A program made the translations under genes and the position numbers. Shown here piece by piece: positions 24,122 through 34,403 of a stretch of DNA of 55,597 nt. The notes under the pieces are model-generated. The model had not been told where the DNA came from, did not search any database, and worked only from the letters and a program-made list of their open reading frames with translations. Within the stretch, counting starts at the first letter, position 1; every line of letters starts with the position of its first letter. The stretch covers positions 1-55,597 of IMG/VR virus record IMGVR_UViG_3300014838_000025; one strand, written 5' to 3'. Source of the stretch: a virus (lineage: Duplodnaviria > Caudoviricetes).

Positions 24122-25342
24122 TTACCGAGAAATGTCTTGAACACCGTGGACTCCTTCTAGTAACCACGCTTCCCATTCAGGCCAGCAGTTATTCCATAGA
24201 TACTTCGGATTGAGCAAAGACACTCGCGGATTCTCGCGATTTGAAAATACCTCAAGAACCTTGTCGGCCCAATCTGTCGCACGAAAGACAGGCCGCTTGT
24301 TGCAGTAGTACCCGTCATACCGGAATGCCGCTGGCTCAATCTTGAATGCCGTAGGGGTAAACTCTGCGGCTCCGGCATAGTCGCCTGTAATGCAAGGAAC
24401 ACCGCAAGCAAGAGCTTCTGAGTTCGGCAGCCCCCATCCCTCTCCACTTCCAATACCCAAGGTCACATCACACGCTGCATACGCCCACGACATAGCATCA
24501 TCGTCCAGATGCCCGTTGGTGAAGATCGTTCGCAGCCTCATCCCAAATTCATCTGCCAGCGCCAACAAGTCCCACACTTGAGCCTTTTGAAATCTGTCCG
24601 TGTGCGCCCAAAGGCCGACATTTAATCCGCGCTTCAGGAGTTCTCCGCAAGTCTCGAACGCCAACCCCCAATCTTTCCGTGGAGTGTTCGTTGCCACACA
24701 GCCGCAAAGAAGAATGTCGCCAGTGATAATTCCCTTTCCCTTCTGCACAACTTTTTCAATGAAAAAGTCTCTTGCTTCCTTGCGGTCTCGGGGAAAGAAA
24801 ACAGTTTTATCGGTCCCGTGCGGAAGATACGGAGTCGTCCCTTCCATCCATCCACAAGTCCGGTCAATCACATCGGCTCCAAACTTCGTATACGCCAAAA
24901 CCCGATTGAATCCGTTGAACATCTTAGCTTGCGATTCGACCAGTCTCCTATTTGCCCCTTCCCCATCTATCGGCGCGTAAATCCACTTTTCAATTCGATC
25001 AGACTTGAGAAATTCTTTCAGGTCTCCATCGGGAAGGATGTCTGGATCGGACATCCACTCCAACCAACTTGCGTTCCAGATAAACAGCATGATTCCCTTG
25101 CGGTCTCCCGCGAAGTCGTACCAGACTCCCGGTAATTCGGGAATAGTCCAATTTTGGACAAACACCGGATACTGCTTGAACGGGAACGTCTTTGACCACG
25201 TTCCTCCGGGGCCGCAAGTCGCAACTTCAAACGTGTCGGACAAGTTCGCGTGAATCCGCAAAGCAAGCTCACGAGTGATCCGCGCAAGCCCGGTAGGAGC
25301 AGTAATTGCGTCGGAAACCAAGAGCAAAGGAACTTGACTCAT
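24122..25342 (-). CDS. Glycosyltransferase family 4 (GT-B)
   Basis: PHGTD, N..RKD, EGWGLPNSEALACGVP. Confidence 0.9.
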   Translation of the reverse strand: MSQVPLLLVSDAITAPTGLARITRELALRIHANLSDTFEVATCGPGGTWSKTFPFKQYPVFVQNWTIPELPGVWYDFAGDRKGIMLFIWNASWLEWMSDPDILPDGDLKEFLKSDRIEKWIYAPIDGEGANRRLVESQAKMFNGFNRVLAYTKFGADVIDRTCGWMEGTTPYLPHGTDKTVFFPRDRKEARDFFIEKVVQKGKGIITGDILLCGCVATNTPRKDWGLAFETCGELLKRGLNVGLWAHTDRFQKAQVWDLLALADEFGMRLRTIFTNGHLDDDAMSWAYAACDVTLGIGSGEGWGLPNSEALACGVPCITGDYAGAAEFTPTAFKIEPAAFRYDGYYCNKRPVFRATDWADKVLEVFSNRENPRVSLLNPKYLWNNCWPEWEAWLLEGVHGVQDISR

Positions 25343-25463
25343 CTTTTCCCTTTCGATCTCAAAACCCACTGCAAGAAGTGAAACGGCTTAATAATCATTA
25401 TTGCGATCACCCACAGTAAGAATTCCAACCCCTCCGGCCTGTGCTCTCGACTGTCATAGCGCC

Positions 25464-25856
25464 TCATCCGGCCTTAACTCCTGCCGACTTCAATCCACGA
25501 CGGAAGGCTTCGAGAATGTCACGGTCATGCATCTCGCGGTCTGCAACGACAAGCAAGGTTCCATTGAGGATCATCATCAAGTCCTTGACCGCCTCCGGCA
25601 CTTCCGGCTCCGGAGCGAGGAAGCATAGGCGCTGCCACTCGGCACAATAAAATGTCGCATCTGAGCATGTTGGTTCATCGTTTAGCCGACAGAGGTGTTC
25701 CAGTTCTGCCGATTGCTTTGCGGTTGGCACAATCGGTTTCTCCGCCCACCAGCGCAGCGCCGCTTCAAGTATCTGTCTTTGAGTGAACCCACATTCGGCA
25801 GCGTGCTCTGCCGCGTGCCACATTCCATCGGGAATCAAATAACGCTTCTCGCTCAT
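25464..25856 (-). CDS. Hypothetical protein
   Basis: ORF with SD GAGG. Confidence 0.6.
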   Translation of the reverse strand: MSEKRYLIPDGMWHAAEHAAECGFTQRQILEAALRWWAEKPIVPTAKQSAELEHLCRLNDEPTCSDATFYCAEWQRLCFLAPEPEVPEAVKDLMMILNGTLLVVADREMHDRDILEAFRRGLKSAGVKAG

Positions 25857-25881
25857 CTCGGTTTCCTCGTTTCCTAAACGG

Positions 25882-26118
25882 TCATAGAAACTTAGGGTCT
25901 AATGGTGGAAATTGGTCGTAATTATTGTCGTCGTCGCCGTCACCCTTTGGCTCTTTCGGCTTTGAAGGTTTCGCGGCCTCGGGAGTAGCAACCGGAGTCG
26001 AGCAGTATTTCAGACCGTTCTCGTGAATCCAAACGCCCCACATGCCCTTCTCTTTCATAATAAGTCCCTTGCAGAACTCACAGAGAGCGTAATCCCGGTT
26101 GTTTACTGTGGATGACAT
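25882..26118 (-). CDS. Hypothetical protein
   Basis: ORF with SD AGGGAG. Confidence 0.55.
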   Translation of the reverse strand: MSSTVNNRDYALCEFCKGLIMKEKGMWGVWIHENGLKYCSTPVATPEAAKPSKPKEPKGDGDDDNNYDQFPPLDPKFL

Positions 26119-26374
26119 GAATATCTCCCTTTTATCGCTAGTCCGCTTTCAACCCAATTTCTTTACGCAGCTTCGTGATTCGACGGTTCGCCGTCTGCCC
26201 ATTCCATAGCCCTGCAACTATCCAGAAAAGAAGAAACCCCTCAATAAAACTCATCTCCAGTCCTCGTCTCTGTACCGCTCCATCCCCGGCCAAGGCTTCG
26301 TTCCTAAGCCCTCGGGAATTATCGGCTTGTCAGGATCAACTTCTCGTACCGGAACCTTCTCTTCGGTTTCCATT

Positions 26375-27175
26375 TCAACCCTCCGTAGGAAATCCATGCC
26401 ATTCCATACCACCCAACAAATGCCCCGCTGCGTTTCTACCAACTCGACGCATCCATCCATCTCCAAATTCGATGTACTGACCATCGAGCTTTTCATTCCA
26501 GTTACAGCTTGCTTCGTACAGAAACTCTCCGTTCTGTTTATGAAAAAATGCAATTCCATGATAGGCGCATTGTTGCTGAATCCGAATCGCCCACATAGGG
26601 TCCATCGGCCTTGCGTTCGATCCACTTTCCCCGCCCGTAATCACCCAATGAATTCCATCTAAATCTAGTTCTCCAAGGTCTTGCAAAAGGGGTTCACAGG
26701 ATAAAAACCGAACCCTCGCTGGAATCTTTTTCAAAGTTTCAATGCGATGTTCTACCTCACGGTTTTCTACGGTCGTTCCCATCCAGACATTCGGCAACCC
26801 GTTATGCCAGTCTGGAGGTAAGCACTCTCGAATTCGCTCAGGCCGCTTGGTGCAAATCTGGTAGGTCAACTCTGGGGTTCGGCGCATAATATCCCACGCC
26901 TCCAACCGCCACGGGTCTGCCTCTTCGATGAAAAAGTCAGACCATGAATCAACAAACACGCGATTGATGTGTCCGTACTTCTCGCGGTTCTTGGCCCACT
27001 TCAGCGGAGCATTGAAGGTGACAGGAGACGACCGGACGACTACGTTTGGTTCCTGCCCGTAGCGAATCTTTTCCGAAAACATGTAGCAGTTCTTGCAGCC
27101 AGCCGAAACCTTATGGCAACCTTGCCAGCAGTTCCACGTTGCGTCTGTCCAGCTAATACCTGTCTTTTCTCCCAC
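26375..27175 (-). CDS. DUF5131 / phage Gp37-Gp68 family protein
   Basis: ISWTDATWN..GCHKVSAGCKNCY, TKRPER, FLSCEPLL, WVITGGESG, FFHKQ. Confidence 0.9.
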   Translation of the reverse strand: MGEKTGISWTDATWNCWQGCHKVSAGCKNCYMFSEKIRYGQEPNVVVRSSPVTFNAPLKWAKNREKYGHINRVFVDSWSDFFIEEADPWRLEAWDIMRRTPELTYQICTKRPERIRECLPPDWHNGLPNVWMGTTVENREVEHRIETLKKIPARVRFLSCEPLLQDLGELDLDGIHWVITGGESGSNARPMDPMWAIRIQQQCAYHGIAFFHKQNGEFLYEASCNWNEKLDGQYIEFGDGWMRRVGRNAAGHLLGGMEWHGFPTEG

Positions 27176-27185
27176 GTCCCCCTCC

Positions 27186-27202
27186 AATCCAAAATTTGGA
27201 CT
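27186..27202. repeat. 17-bp palindrome (copy 4)
   Basis: aatccaaaatttggact between a stop codon and the next SD. Confidence 0.85.
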
Positions 27203-27431
27203 ACTCCGCGTACTTCGACTTTAGATCGCGCAAGTAGAGAAGTTGCTTCGGACTCACTGTTGCGTCTGGATCGCCCATCTTCGTAATGAATTCGCCTTCG
27301 CGGTCATTCATGCAAGAGGAGTTAACTCCACATTCCTCGAATATCTTGAGAATCCGGTCGGCTTCCGCTCTTCGCTCATCCGGCTTCTGAGTTCCTTTGC
27401 ACTCCCCGAAGTAGCCCATCTTATCCTCCAA
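27201..27431 (-). CDS. Hypothetical protein
   Basis: ORF in a coupled series. Confidence 0.55.
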   Translation of the reverse strand: MEDKMGYFGECKGTQKPDERRAEADRILKIFEECGVNSSCMNDREGEFITKMGDPDATVSPKQLLYLRDLKSKYAE

Positions 27432-27585
27432 CCTTCCACTTGCGTAATGCGTTCCGGCTCGTCACCATCTTGAAGCCGTCCTCAAACTCCAAAAGCGCAG
27501 AGTTCATCTTCCCTCGGCAAATCACCCTGCACGCCTGCCCCTTGCGGCCCATGCGGTTCCAGAAGTACAGGTAGGGAAAGGTCAT
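27421..27585 (-). CDS. Hypothetical protein (54 aa)
   Basis: TGATG-coupled start. Confidence 0.5.
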   Translation of the reverse strand: MTFPYLYFWNRMGRKGQACRVICRGKMNSALLEFEDGFKMVTSRNALRKWKVGG

Positions 27586-27803
27586 CACTTCTTTTCCTCG
27601 GACATCACCGTCTCGTAGAACTTCAACCTCGACTTCCGGTAGCCCAAATACTCCAAAATCTTTCCCGTGATCGGGCTTCCATTCACGGCCATACACAGAA
27701 AATTCTGCTGCACTCCCATCTCCCGCGCCAGTTCACTCTGCGTCTTTCCTTTGAGAGCCTGAAGCAACTTCTTCCGTAGTGCCTCTTCCGTTATGTAGTT
27801 CAT
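27585..27803 (-). CDS. Cro/XRE-type helix-turn-helix protein
   Basis: TQSELAREMGVQQNFLCMAVNG HTH pattern; leaderless start. Confidence 0.7.
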   Translation of the reverse strand: MNYITEEALRKKLLQALKGKTQSELAREMGVQQNFLCMAVNGSPITGKILEYLGYRKSRLKFYETVMSEEKK

Positions 27804-27809
27804 GTTCGC

Positions 27810-27839
27810 AGAGTACATCGGATTCACTGATGTTGTCAA
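27810..27839 (-). promoter_or_regulatory. sigma70-like promoter
   Basis: TTGACA-18 bp-TACTCT, 6 nt before ATG. Confidence 0.6.
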
Positions 27840-28912
27840 TCACCCATAAAAGAAAAGAGAGAGTCCTTGGGGAGAACAGCCGTATCGTTCTTCCCAAGAA
27901 AACAACCGAAGGGCGTTAGTGAAAATCTTCACTATTCAGTACCTCTTCAGGACACACTTTGCCTCAGGTTGTACCTTCGCGTTTATTGCATAAAAGCAAA
28001 AACACGACTATCAACCGTGAGCAAATGGCTGGGTCCATTTACGCCTCACACGCCGGGTTCCGCGCACCATACCGTTTACGTAGCTGGTCAGCCGTTACAA
28101 CACCGATTGGGCTGCTTCTTCCACCTTTATGACCGGGCAGGGCGTCACCCCATCTGGCTTCCAGCTTGTTTATCTCTGTTTGTTGTGAAGAAACCGTGTC
28201 TCACGCCGACGCTTTCAACGATGAGGACCGCCTCATATCGTATATACAGCCGCCGTGCTTCGATCCTAAGACTTCACAACCAGACGATAAACCGCCTGCC
28301 TTCTTCCCGAAAAAGTATCTCTGAACAAAAGACTTATGCGCGGAAGGTTACTTCCTAGCTTTCGGCTTCGCGGTGGGGCTGCATCAATCGGTAATCCCCA
28401 CAGCGGCTCAGGCCGTCTATCGGCGGTTGCCTAAGACAGTTATTTTCATACAAATAAAGAGCTACCTGAGCGGCGTTCCCTGTTTCCTTCGTCTTTTGCC
28501 CGCAGCAAGGGAATGGGGTCGAAATGTAGGGTTTGATTGTTCGTGCAGAATCAATACTCATTTTTATTCCTTTCCTTTTGCCGAAAAGAAGCCTACCAAA
28601 AAAAAAGTTGATTTTCTACGGAAAAATGATAATCTTGTTTTGCGGTTGGTTCCTCGCCAAAACCATCGCGCATCTTTCATTCCTTTCCTTTTGCCGAGTA
28701 AAAGTCTGAAAGATAGCCAACCGCAACCATTAGATTTGATCTTCCCCTTCCTTTACCTCTGGGCTGCTCTAAACAAGCAGCCCGATTTTTATGCCCCGCC
28801 CCGCTTGCCCAGCCTAGCGCCCTGCGTCCCTCGCGGCCTCGGACAGTCCCAAGTATCACCCAGCCTTCCAGAACGCACTGTACGCCCTCCCAGAACCGCG
28901 CTATGCTTCTTT

Positions 28913-29116
28913 ATGGCGTTCGAACCTCTACTCACGAACCTCGCCCTACTCCGGGGACTTCCCGAAAAGAATCTCAGGCCGTATGTGAAAGCGTTCTTGC
29001 TTGAGAATAATTGTGAGCCGGGAGAGACCGAAGTGATCGTTACGCCTTGGACTTGCGAACTGAAGGATTGGGAACTACGCGCCAGCGACCTCTGTGAATT
29101 GCTCAAGAAAACCTAA
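28913..29116 (+). CDS. Hypothetical protein (67 aa); only plausible plus-strand gene
   Basis: Protein-like composition, TATGCT just upstream, converges on the methylase stop. Confidence 0.45.
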   Translation: MAFEPLLTNLALLRGLPEKNLRPYVKAFLLENNCEPGETEVIVTPWTCELKDWELRASDLCELLKKT

Positions 29117-29131
29117 TCCAAAATTTGGACT
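29115..29131. repeat. 17-bp palindrome (copy 5)
   Basis: aatccaaaatttggact between convergent stop codons. Confidence 0.85.
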
Positions 29132-29684
29132 AAAATTCAGGCGAGAATAATCCTGATTGAACACGTCTTTCGGCAATACAGATGGTATCGTTGTGGTCGG
29201 CCCCGTGACAGACAAGCATGATTTCTTCCAATTCGAAGCCAAGATTACGCCCGAATCCGACCGTGTTCCAGCCGAATGAGAGCACGACCGCATCATTGGT
29301 CAAGATAGGCTTTGCGTGATTGCGCCATTCCTTCCGCATCCTTGCGGTCTGTCCGTCCTCTAACTGCATCTTTTTTCCCATAGAGTCGTAGCACTCTTTG
29401 AGTTGCCGTGGAGAGTATGGAGGGTCGAACAGAAGCAAATCGGCGGATACTCCCTTGCCGTTGAGAATGTCAAGAAATTCCGTTGCGTCAAGGTGGTATT
29501 CGGCTTCTGTGGATGGGTTTATATCATTCGTGTACGTCGCCCATCGCTTGTTCCGTGCGAACAGGTCAATGCTTACCTTTGACTGTGAGAGATACTTCCA
29601 GACGAAGTTATGAATCGGCTCAATATCGAACGTGTCGCAGTTCGGCATCGCCCACACCCGGCTCATCCTCATTCGTTCAATCAT
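29130..29684 (-). CDS. Small adenine-specific DNA methyltransferase
   Basis: IDLFARN, TNDINP, LFDPPYSPRQ. Confidence 0.8.
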   Translation of the reverse strand: MIERMRMSRVWAMPNCDTFDIEPIHNFVWKYLSQSKVSIDLFARNKRWATYTNDINPSTEAEYHLDATEFLDILNGKGVSADLLLFDPPYSPRQLKECYDSMGKKMQLEDGQTARMRKEWRNHAKPILTNDAVVLSFGWNTVGFGRNLGFELEEIMLVCHGADHNDTICIAERRVQSGLFSPEF

Positions 29685-29913
29685 GTCGGGAGTATAGCAT
29701 GTTGGCAGGTTTTGAAGTGGAGTCAGCACACTTCAGTTCGCGTGGTTGAACCGAATCGCGGAAAACATTAACTGCGCCACAATGCCCACACGTACAAACA
29801 AACGCGCATTTGTCTGGGAGTTCCCGTTCCATCCCAAACATCGGATTCTTACAGCTGAGACAGAATTTCCAATAGAGGTGAGCAGAGTTGGGAGGGATTT
29901 TAACTATAGACAC
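29677..29913 (-). CDS. Small Zn-ribbon-like hypothetical protein
   Basis: CLSC...CGHC; SD AGGAG. Confidence 0.5.
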   Translation of the reverse strand: MSIVKIPPNSAHLYWKFCLSCKNPMFGMERELPDKCAFVCTCGHCGAVNVFRDSVQPRELKCADSTSKPANMLYSRHD

Positions 29914-30053
29914 GCTGACTCTCCTGCCCTAATATGGGCATAGAAAATCGCATCTCCAAACAACCTAGCCCCGCCTGGCAGCGGGGTTTCTATTTGTTGC
30001 TAAGTATAACCCGCGCTCGTCATTTCTAAACAAGAAGCCGTGCTAGATTTTGA

Positions 30054-31235
30054 CTACTGCGCCATCTCAGGATTAGAGTCCTCAATGATTCCTAAAATGA
30101 GTTTTGCGACCTTGCAGCCGAATTGGTATCTCGTTGCCCAGTACTTCGCAAGGCCGGGATTCCTCGCGTCTCCGTCCTTGGAGTAAGCAAACGAGAGCGT
30201 GCGGAACTTGATGGTCGGAAGAAATACATCCGGAAGAAGAAAACCGTCTGCCAGCCCCATCGTTTCCTCTTGCCTCTGCTGGTACACGACTTCACAGACA
30301 ACTGTATTATTCTGTCGAGGCCAGATGCCGAAGTTCTGAAGCGGAATCTTGTCACGGAAGTATGCCTGCGGCTGTATCGCCTGCTGCAGGGCCCAGCGGT
30401 AATCGTAGGAATCTAAGTTGCTCTGCGAAGTCTCCCTCAGCGGATACCCGCCTGTCGCAATTCGCATTGGAACCATGCAGTCGCTTGGCAAGGCCGTGTT
30501 CTGTTGCGTTGGCGCAACCGTCACGGATTCGTTGATTGCATAGACTAGGGGAACATCTGTCAGAAAATCATTGACGGCTGTGGACAGGTACACGATCATT
30601 TCCGCCTGAGTAAACAGCGGATCGGTCGGTTGCCGTACCGGGAACGTCGCTCCGACAATCGGTTCTCCGGCCACATGCGAATAAATGAAACTTGCCGTGA
30701 AACTCGTCCCCGGAACCGTTGCCGTAATCGTTACAACCTCGCCGTTCGCTCCCCGGACTCCGACAAGAATCTGCGCCCCTACATACATCGAATCGTCCCA
30801 CACCGCCACGACCTGAGTTCCAGACAAGATGCCGCCTACGGGAACTACAGTGTTGACTGGATTCTCAAATAACGAGTACCCTACGTCCGTCAAAATATCG
30901 TTTGCGATGAGGAATCCAACTCCAACCAGCGGAGCCGCAAACCCGCTCGTGACGACTATCGAACCAAAAGTCGTGACCGTCAGAAACCAGTTCACGCCGC
31001 CGCTAGTGAAAGGCAATGGAACGGCTGGAGGAATTGCAGGAGCGGCCACAGCCGTAGTCGTGATGGCTCCCAAGCTGGTAGCCCCCAGAGAAAACCAGTT
31101 TCCCAATCCATCGGTTAGCAACGTCAGCGCCGGAACAGGAACAGGGACCGACACTACCGTTGTCGTCAGTGCTCCCTGATTCGTGATTGTCAATCCGAAC
31201 CAATGTCCCGCCCCATCCGTAAGCAGAATTGCCAT
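30054..31235 (-). CDS. Virion structural protein, adaptor-like C-terminus with three N-terminal repeats
   Basis: Repeat LLTDGxGxWFxLx.T..GA.TTT; C-terminal RTLSFAYSKDGD...YWATRY. Confidence 0.6.
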   Translation of the reverse strand: MAILLTDGAGHWFGLTITNQGALTTTVVSVPVPVPALTLLTDGLGNWFSLGATSLGAITTTAVAAPAIPPAVPLPFTSGGVNWFLTVTTFGSIVVTSGFAAPLVGVGFLIANDILTDVGYSLFENPVNTVVPVGGILSGTQVVAVWDDSMYVGAQILVGVRGANGEVVTITATVPGTSFTASFIYSHVAGEPIVGATFPVRQPTDPLFTQAEMIVYLSTAVNDFLTDVPLVYAINESVTVAPTQQNTALPSDCMVPMRIATGGYPLRETSQSNLDSYDYRWALQQAIQPQAYFRDKIPLQNFGIWPRQNNTVVCEVVYQQRQEETMGLADGFLLPDVFLPTIKFRTLSFAYSKDGDARNPGLAKYWATRYQFGCKVAKLILGIIEDSNPEMAQ

Positions 31236-31249
31236 AGCCTCTTCCTAGT

Positions 31250-32890
31250 TTAGTTGCAGGTGCAAGCTCCCGCCGAAGATACAACGGTTGAACAGTATCC
31301 GATTACCACTGGCGGGCCTGCACTCTTAATGCACGCTGCCTGATTCACTGTGGGCGTTCCAACCGTGGGGATAGCTGACGCAGCCACCCCGCCATCCACG
31401 ATGCTGCCGTCGGCCGCAAACTTGGCGACGTTGCCGCTGGTTCCGGTGCCGTCACTCAACTGTATACGTCCACCTGTGCCATGATCTCCGGTAAGAGACG
31501 AAGGCAAAATAATGCCATTTGCGTTCGAGTAAGAACCGTTAAAAGTAGGTGCCCCCACATTAGTGATCCACCAATAGCAAACGGAATTCGCCACGTTTGT
31601 ACCGCATACCTCTACCTGAGAAGTGTTGGTATTTGGCGTGAGCAAAAAACCGTAAGGCCCAAGACCTTTGAATAATGCGCTGTTTATCGTGGAATTTGAA
31701 GATTCAATAGACCCCTGTGGAGAAACGAGAAATTTCCCAGAATAAACGCCGCCGCTCATGTTAGTGAAAGAATTTTGCGGAGAATACATGTGGAGAGTAG
31801 CTGTACTGCTGGTCGAGTTTACCAACTGAGCTACCGTCTCCGCAGATTTGTAATTCCCCCCCCAGATGTTGACATTCGGAGAGCCTCCAGAAATCAGTAT
31901 GAATTCCGTCCGGCCTGATGAGGCGAAGTCCTCCAACATTCCTCCCCCATACAAGTCAACCTCAAACGCCTGCTCAATTGTGAGAAAATCGGCCGTAGTC
32001 GCGCCCACTGGGTTTTCCCACCAACAACTGTAAAATGATACATTTACTCCGTAGGCACCACCGCCATTGATCGTGACTCCAGAGTTGTCGAAGCTGACTT
32101 TATCGAAAGTAATGATTAGCTCGCTGTCGGCAAGAAGATTAACATCGGAAGTGTTGAACCCAACCCACTGTGCAAAATATCCATTGGTGAATTTGATGTT
32201 CTCGCCGAAAAGTGTTAGTCCGGCAGGCATATATAGATTCGTTCCATTGTTCAGAAACGTGAATCCATCGAACGTATCGAGCCACGTATAGCCGCCAAAT
32301 GTGAGACCTGTACCAAACCCCGAAACTAGAAAATCAGAAAACTTGTTCTGAAAGGTAACATTTGAGGAACTCCCTCCAACAAAGAATCCGATTGTCGAGG
32401 TTGCCTTTCCCGGTCCCGCAAAACTACATCCATCCATTCCTCCACCCTGCCCCGCTGGAGTTCCTGGATCGAACGTGAACGCAGTTCCTGTTGTCGGTGT
32501 GTATGTGAGAGTAGTTGTTCCCCCTGGAGTAATCGGCATAACGCCCTTAGCACAGCGCAGAAATACTGGCTTTGATCCCCGAAGAAGAATTGGGGTGCTA
32601 TAGGAGTAGTTACCTGCTGGAACTTGAATCTCTCCTCCAGAAACAGCGCTGTTTGCGAGAATAGACGCATACGCTGCGTTGATTTTCGCGCCAATATCTG
32701 ACCCAGGAAATAGGGCAGCATTCAATATACCGTTCACGCTCTGCGCCGTCACTGTACCAGATAATCCAGCAGAGAACGTCTGAGGGGCAGTCCAAGTATT
32801 CGGGAGATCAAGCATCCCTGCGGTATGCGATTGGGCAAAGGTCGGAAGGGCCGAGAGACAGAAAACTAAGGCCAAGAGAATCTTTTTCAT
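31250..32890 (-). CDS. Tailspike-like / parallel beta-helix protein with N-terminal signal peptide
   Basis: DIGAKINAAY...GGEIQVPAGNY pectate-lyase-3-like start; MKKILLALVFCLSALPTFA-Q; lower GC than neighbours by eye. Confidence 0.65.
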   Translation of the reverse strand: MKKILLALVFCLSALPTFAQSHTAGMLDLPNTWTAPQTFSAGLSGTVTAQSVNGILNAALFPGSDIGAKINAAYASILANSAVSGGEIQVPAGNYSYSTPILLRGSKPVFLRCAKGVMPITPGGTTTLTYTPTTGTAFTFDPGTPAGQGGGMDGCSFAGPGKATSTIGFFVGGSSSNVTFQNKFSDFLVSGFGTGLTFGGYTWLDTFDGFTFLNNGTNLYMPAGLTLFGENIKFTNGYFAQWVGFNTSDVNLLADSELIITFDKVSFDNSGVTINGGGAYGVNVSFYSCWWENPVGATTADFLTIEQAFEVDLYGGGMLEDFASSGRTEFILISGGSPNVNIWGGNYKSAETVAQLVNSTSSTATLHMYSPQNSFTNMSGGVYSGKFLVSPQGSIESSNSTINSALFKGLGPYGFLLTPNTNTSQVEVCGTNVANSVCYWWITNVGAPTFNGSYSNANGIILPSSLTGDHGTGGRIQLSDGTGTSGNVAKFAADGSIVDGGVAASAIPTVGTPTVNQAACIKSAGPPVVIGYCSTVVSSAGACTCN

Positions 32891-32942
32891 GGTGCTCCTC
32901 TTGGCTTATTTTCACATCATGGGTTGGAAACTGCCACAGGAA

Positions 32943-33632
32943 TCAGACTACCTCACGCGGGTTCACCCGAGACTGCCCGCCAAAGGCTGCGGAGTATGTC
33001 AGAGAATCGACACGCTGCTGGAACAGGCTGAGGGATTTCACATCCTCAAGGTACTCTTGGAACACGGTCTCCGCTTCCTCGGCATCGACCCCACCTTCCT
33101 TCGCTCTCAAGGCCGCTGCCGCGTACTTACTCAACAGGCAAGTGAACTCATCTTGGAGGGGGATGACCTCAGAACCGCTGTACGGCCTCGCCTCGTTGAC
33201 AGGGCACTGAATGAAATCCATCGTCACCGTCGCTTCGGAAGCCAACTGCGGATATATCCCGAAGGCCGATACCCCAAGAGGGAACCAAGCAGTGATCTGA
33301 CTTCCCGGTGTAGCCTGCTGCCAAGCCAGATAATAATTATCTAGTCCAATCAGACTCGTCTTCCTGATCGCCCACGGCGCTCTCATTCGCAAGGCCGCGA
33401 TGACGCCTACAGGAATTCCAATAGCCGTGTTGTTTTGGAGAGAGAAGTACGTGGTATTCGCAGCCAAAGTTACGAGAACATTGTTTGCCTGCACTACGCC
33501 TGTAATCAGCGCGGCCTCAAACAGAGCATCGACCATTGCAACGTAGACTTCGCCTTGCAGGTTCCAAAAAACAGGTGGATCGGACTCCTCAATCCTTCCG
33601 AGCGTATCGGTTAACAAGTCCGACAAAATCAC
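32943..33632 (-). CDS. Putative head-tail adaptor protein
   Basis: FGIYP...IPLQDEFTCLLSKYAAA pattern; position downstream of capsid genes. Confidence 0.55.
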   Translation of the reverse strand: MILSDLLTDTLGRIEESDPPVFWNLQGEVYVAMVDALFEAALITGVVQANNVLVTLAANTTYFSLQNNTAIGIPVGVIAALRMRAPWAIRKTSLIGLDNYYLAWQQATPGSQITAWFPLGVSAFGIYPQLASEATVTMDFIQCPVNEARPYSGSEVIPLQDEFTCLLSKYAAAALRAKEGGVDAEEAETVFQEYLEDVKSLSLFQQRVDSLTYSAAFGGQSRVNPREVV

Positions 33633-33642
33633 GTTGACTCCA

Positions 33643-34182
33643 TTACAGAACCACTGCCGCCATACAAACGTAGTCGCTGGCCGTTCCGATCATCCATCCA
33701 TCTTCGGTGCGGCAGATATTGTTGTTTCCCGGCCCATTGACCTCACGCCACTCGTTTGGGGTTCCTGCCGCCGCAACCTTCTGCAACTGACGGAAGGAGC
33801 TTCCACCTTTTACCGTCACGGTCTTGTCCGTGCCAAGCCAAACCGTTCCTGCATTTCCATCTACGGCCTGAATCTGGACATCCAAAACCGCAAGAGACAG
33901 TTGAACCAAGGCTCCAATCGCGTGCGTGTTTGTCACCATCCCGCCTTCAGAGATGCAGTTCAAAACCGTCGCAGAAGCAATCTTGCTGACAAGCAGCAAG
34001 TCCTGATTCGATTGGCCGGGATCAAGATAGATGCGGTCTCCAACCTTGTACCGAGTTGTAGAGGCCACAGTGACAGGAATGACTCCGTTTCCCTGCGGAA
34101 GCCCTACCGCTGCCGTCAGAACATCCCCAAACCACGGCTGCGCTGCCCCGGTGAGGGTTACAACTCCCCAAGATCGAATCAC
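33643..34182 (-). CDS. Putative virion structural protein
   Basis: Beta-rich ORF in the structural operon. Confidence 0.5.
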   Translation of the reverse strand: MIRSWGVVTLTGAAQPWFGDVLTAAVGLPQGNGVIPVTVASTTRYKVGDRIYLDPGQSNQDLLLVSKIASATVLNCISEGGMVTNTHAIGALVQLSLAVLDVQIQAVDGNAGTVWLGTDKTVTVKGGSSFRQLQKVAAAGTPNEWREVNGPGNNNICRTEDGWMIGTASDYVCMAAVVL

Positions 34183-34403
34183 GATTGACCATCCTTTCCG
34201 GCAATCGAAGGCCGATTCCCCGGCTTAGGAACTTCAAACGTACACTCGCCGTTCCCCGCATTCAGATGATTCCATTTACTCATGCACGGCTTCAAATCGT
34301 GCTCCGTGCTGCGCGGGATCGAATTGCTCATCCCCAAGTCTGGGTTGGGCGACTGGAACCGCTCCTGTCTCGCTATCGGCATCTCAGAACTTTGCTTTTT
34401 CAT
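34179..34403 (-). CDS. Hypothetical protein
   Basis: ATGA-coupled ORF. Confidence 0.5.
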   Translation of the reverse strand: MKKQSSEMPIARQERFQSPNPDLGMSNSIPRSTEHDLKPCMSKWNHLNAGNGECTFEVPKPGNRPSIAGKDGQS

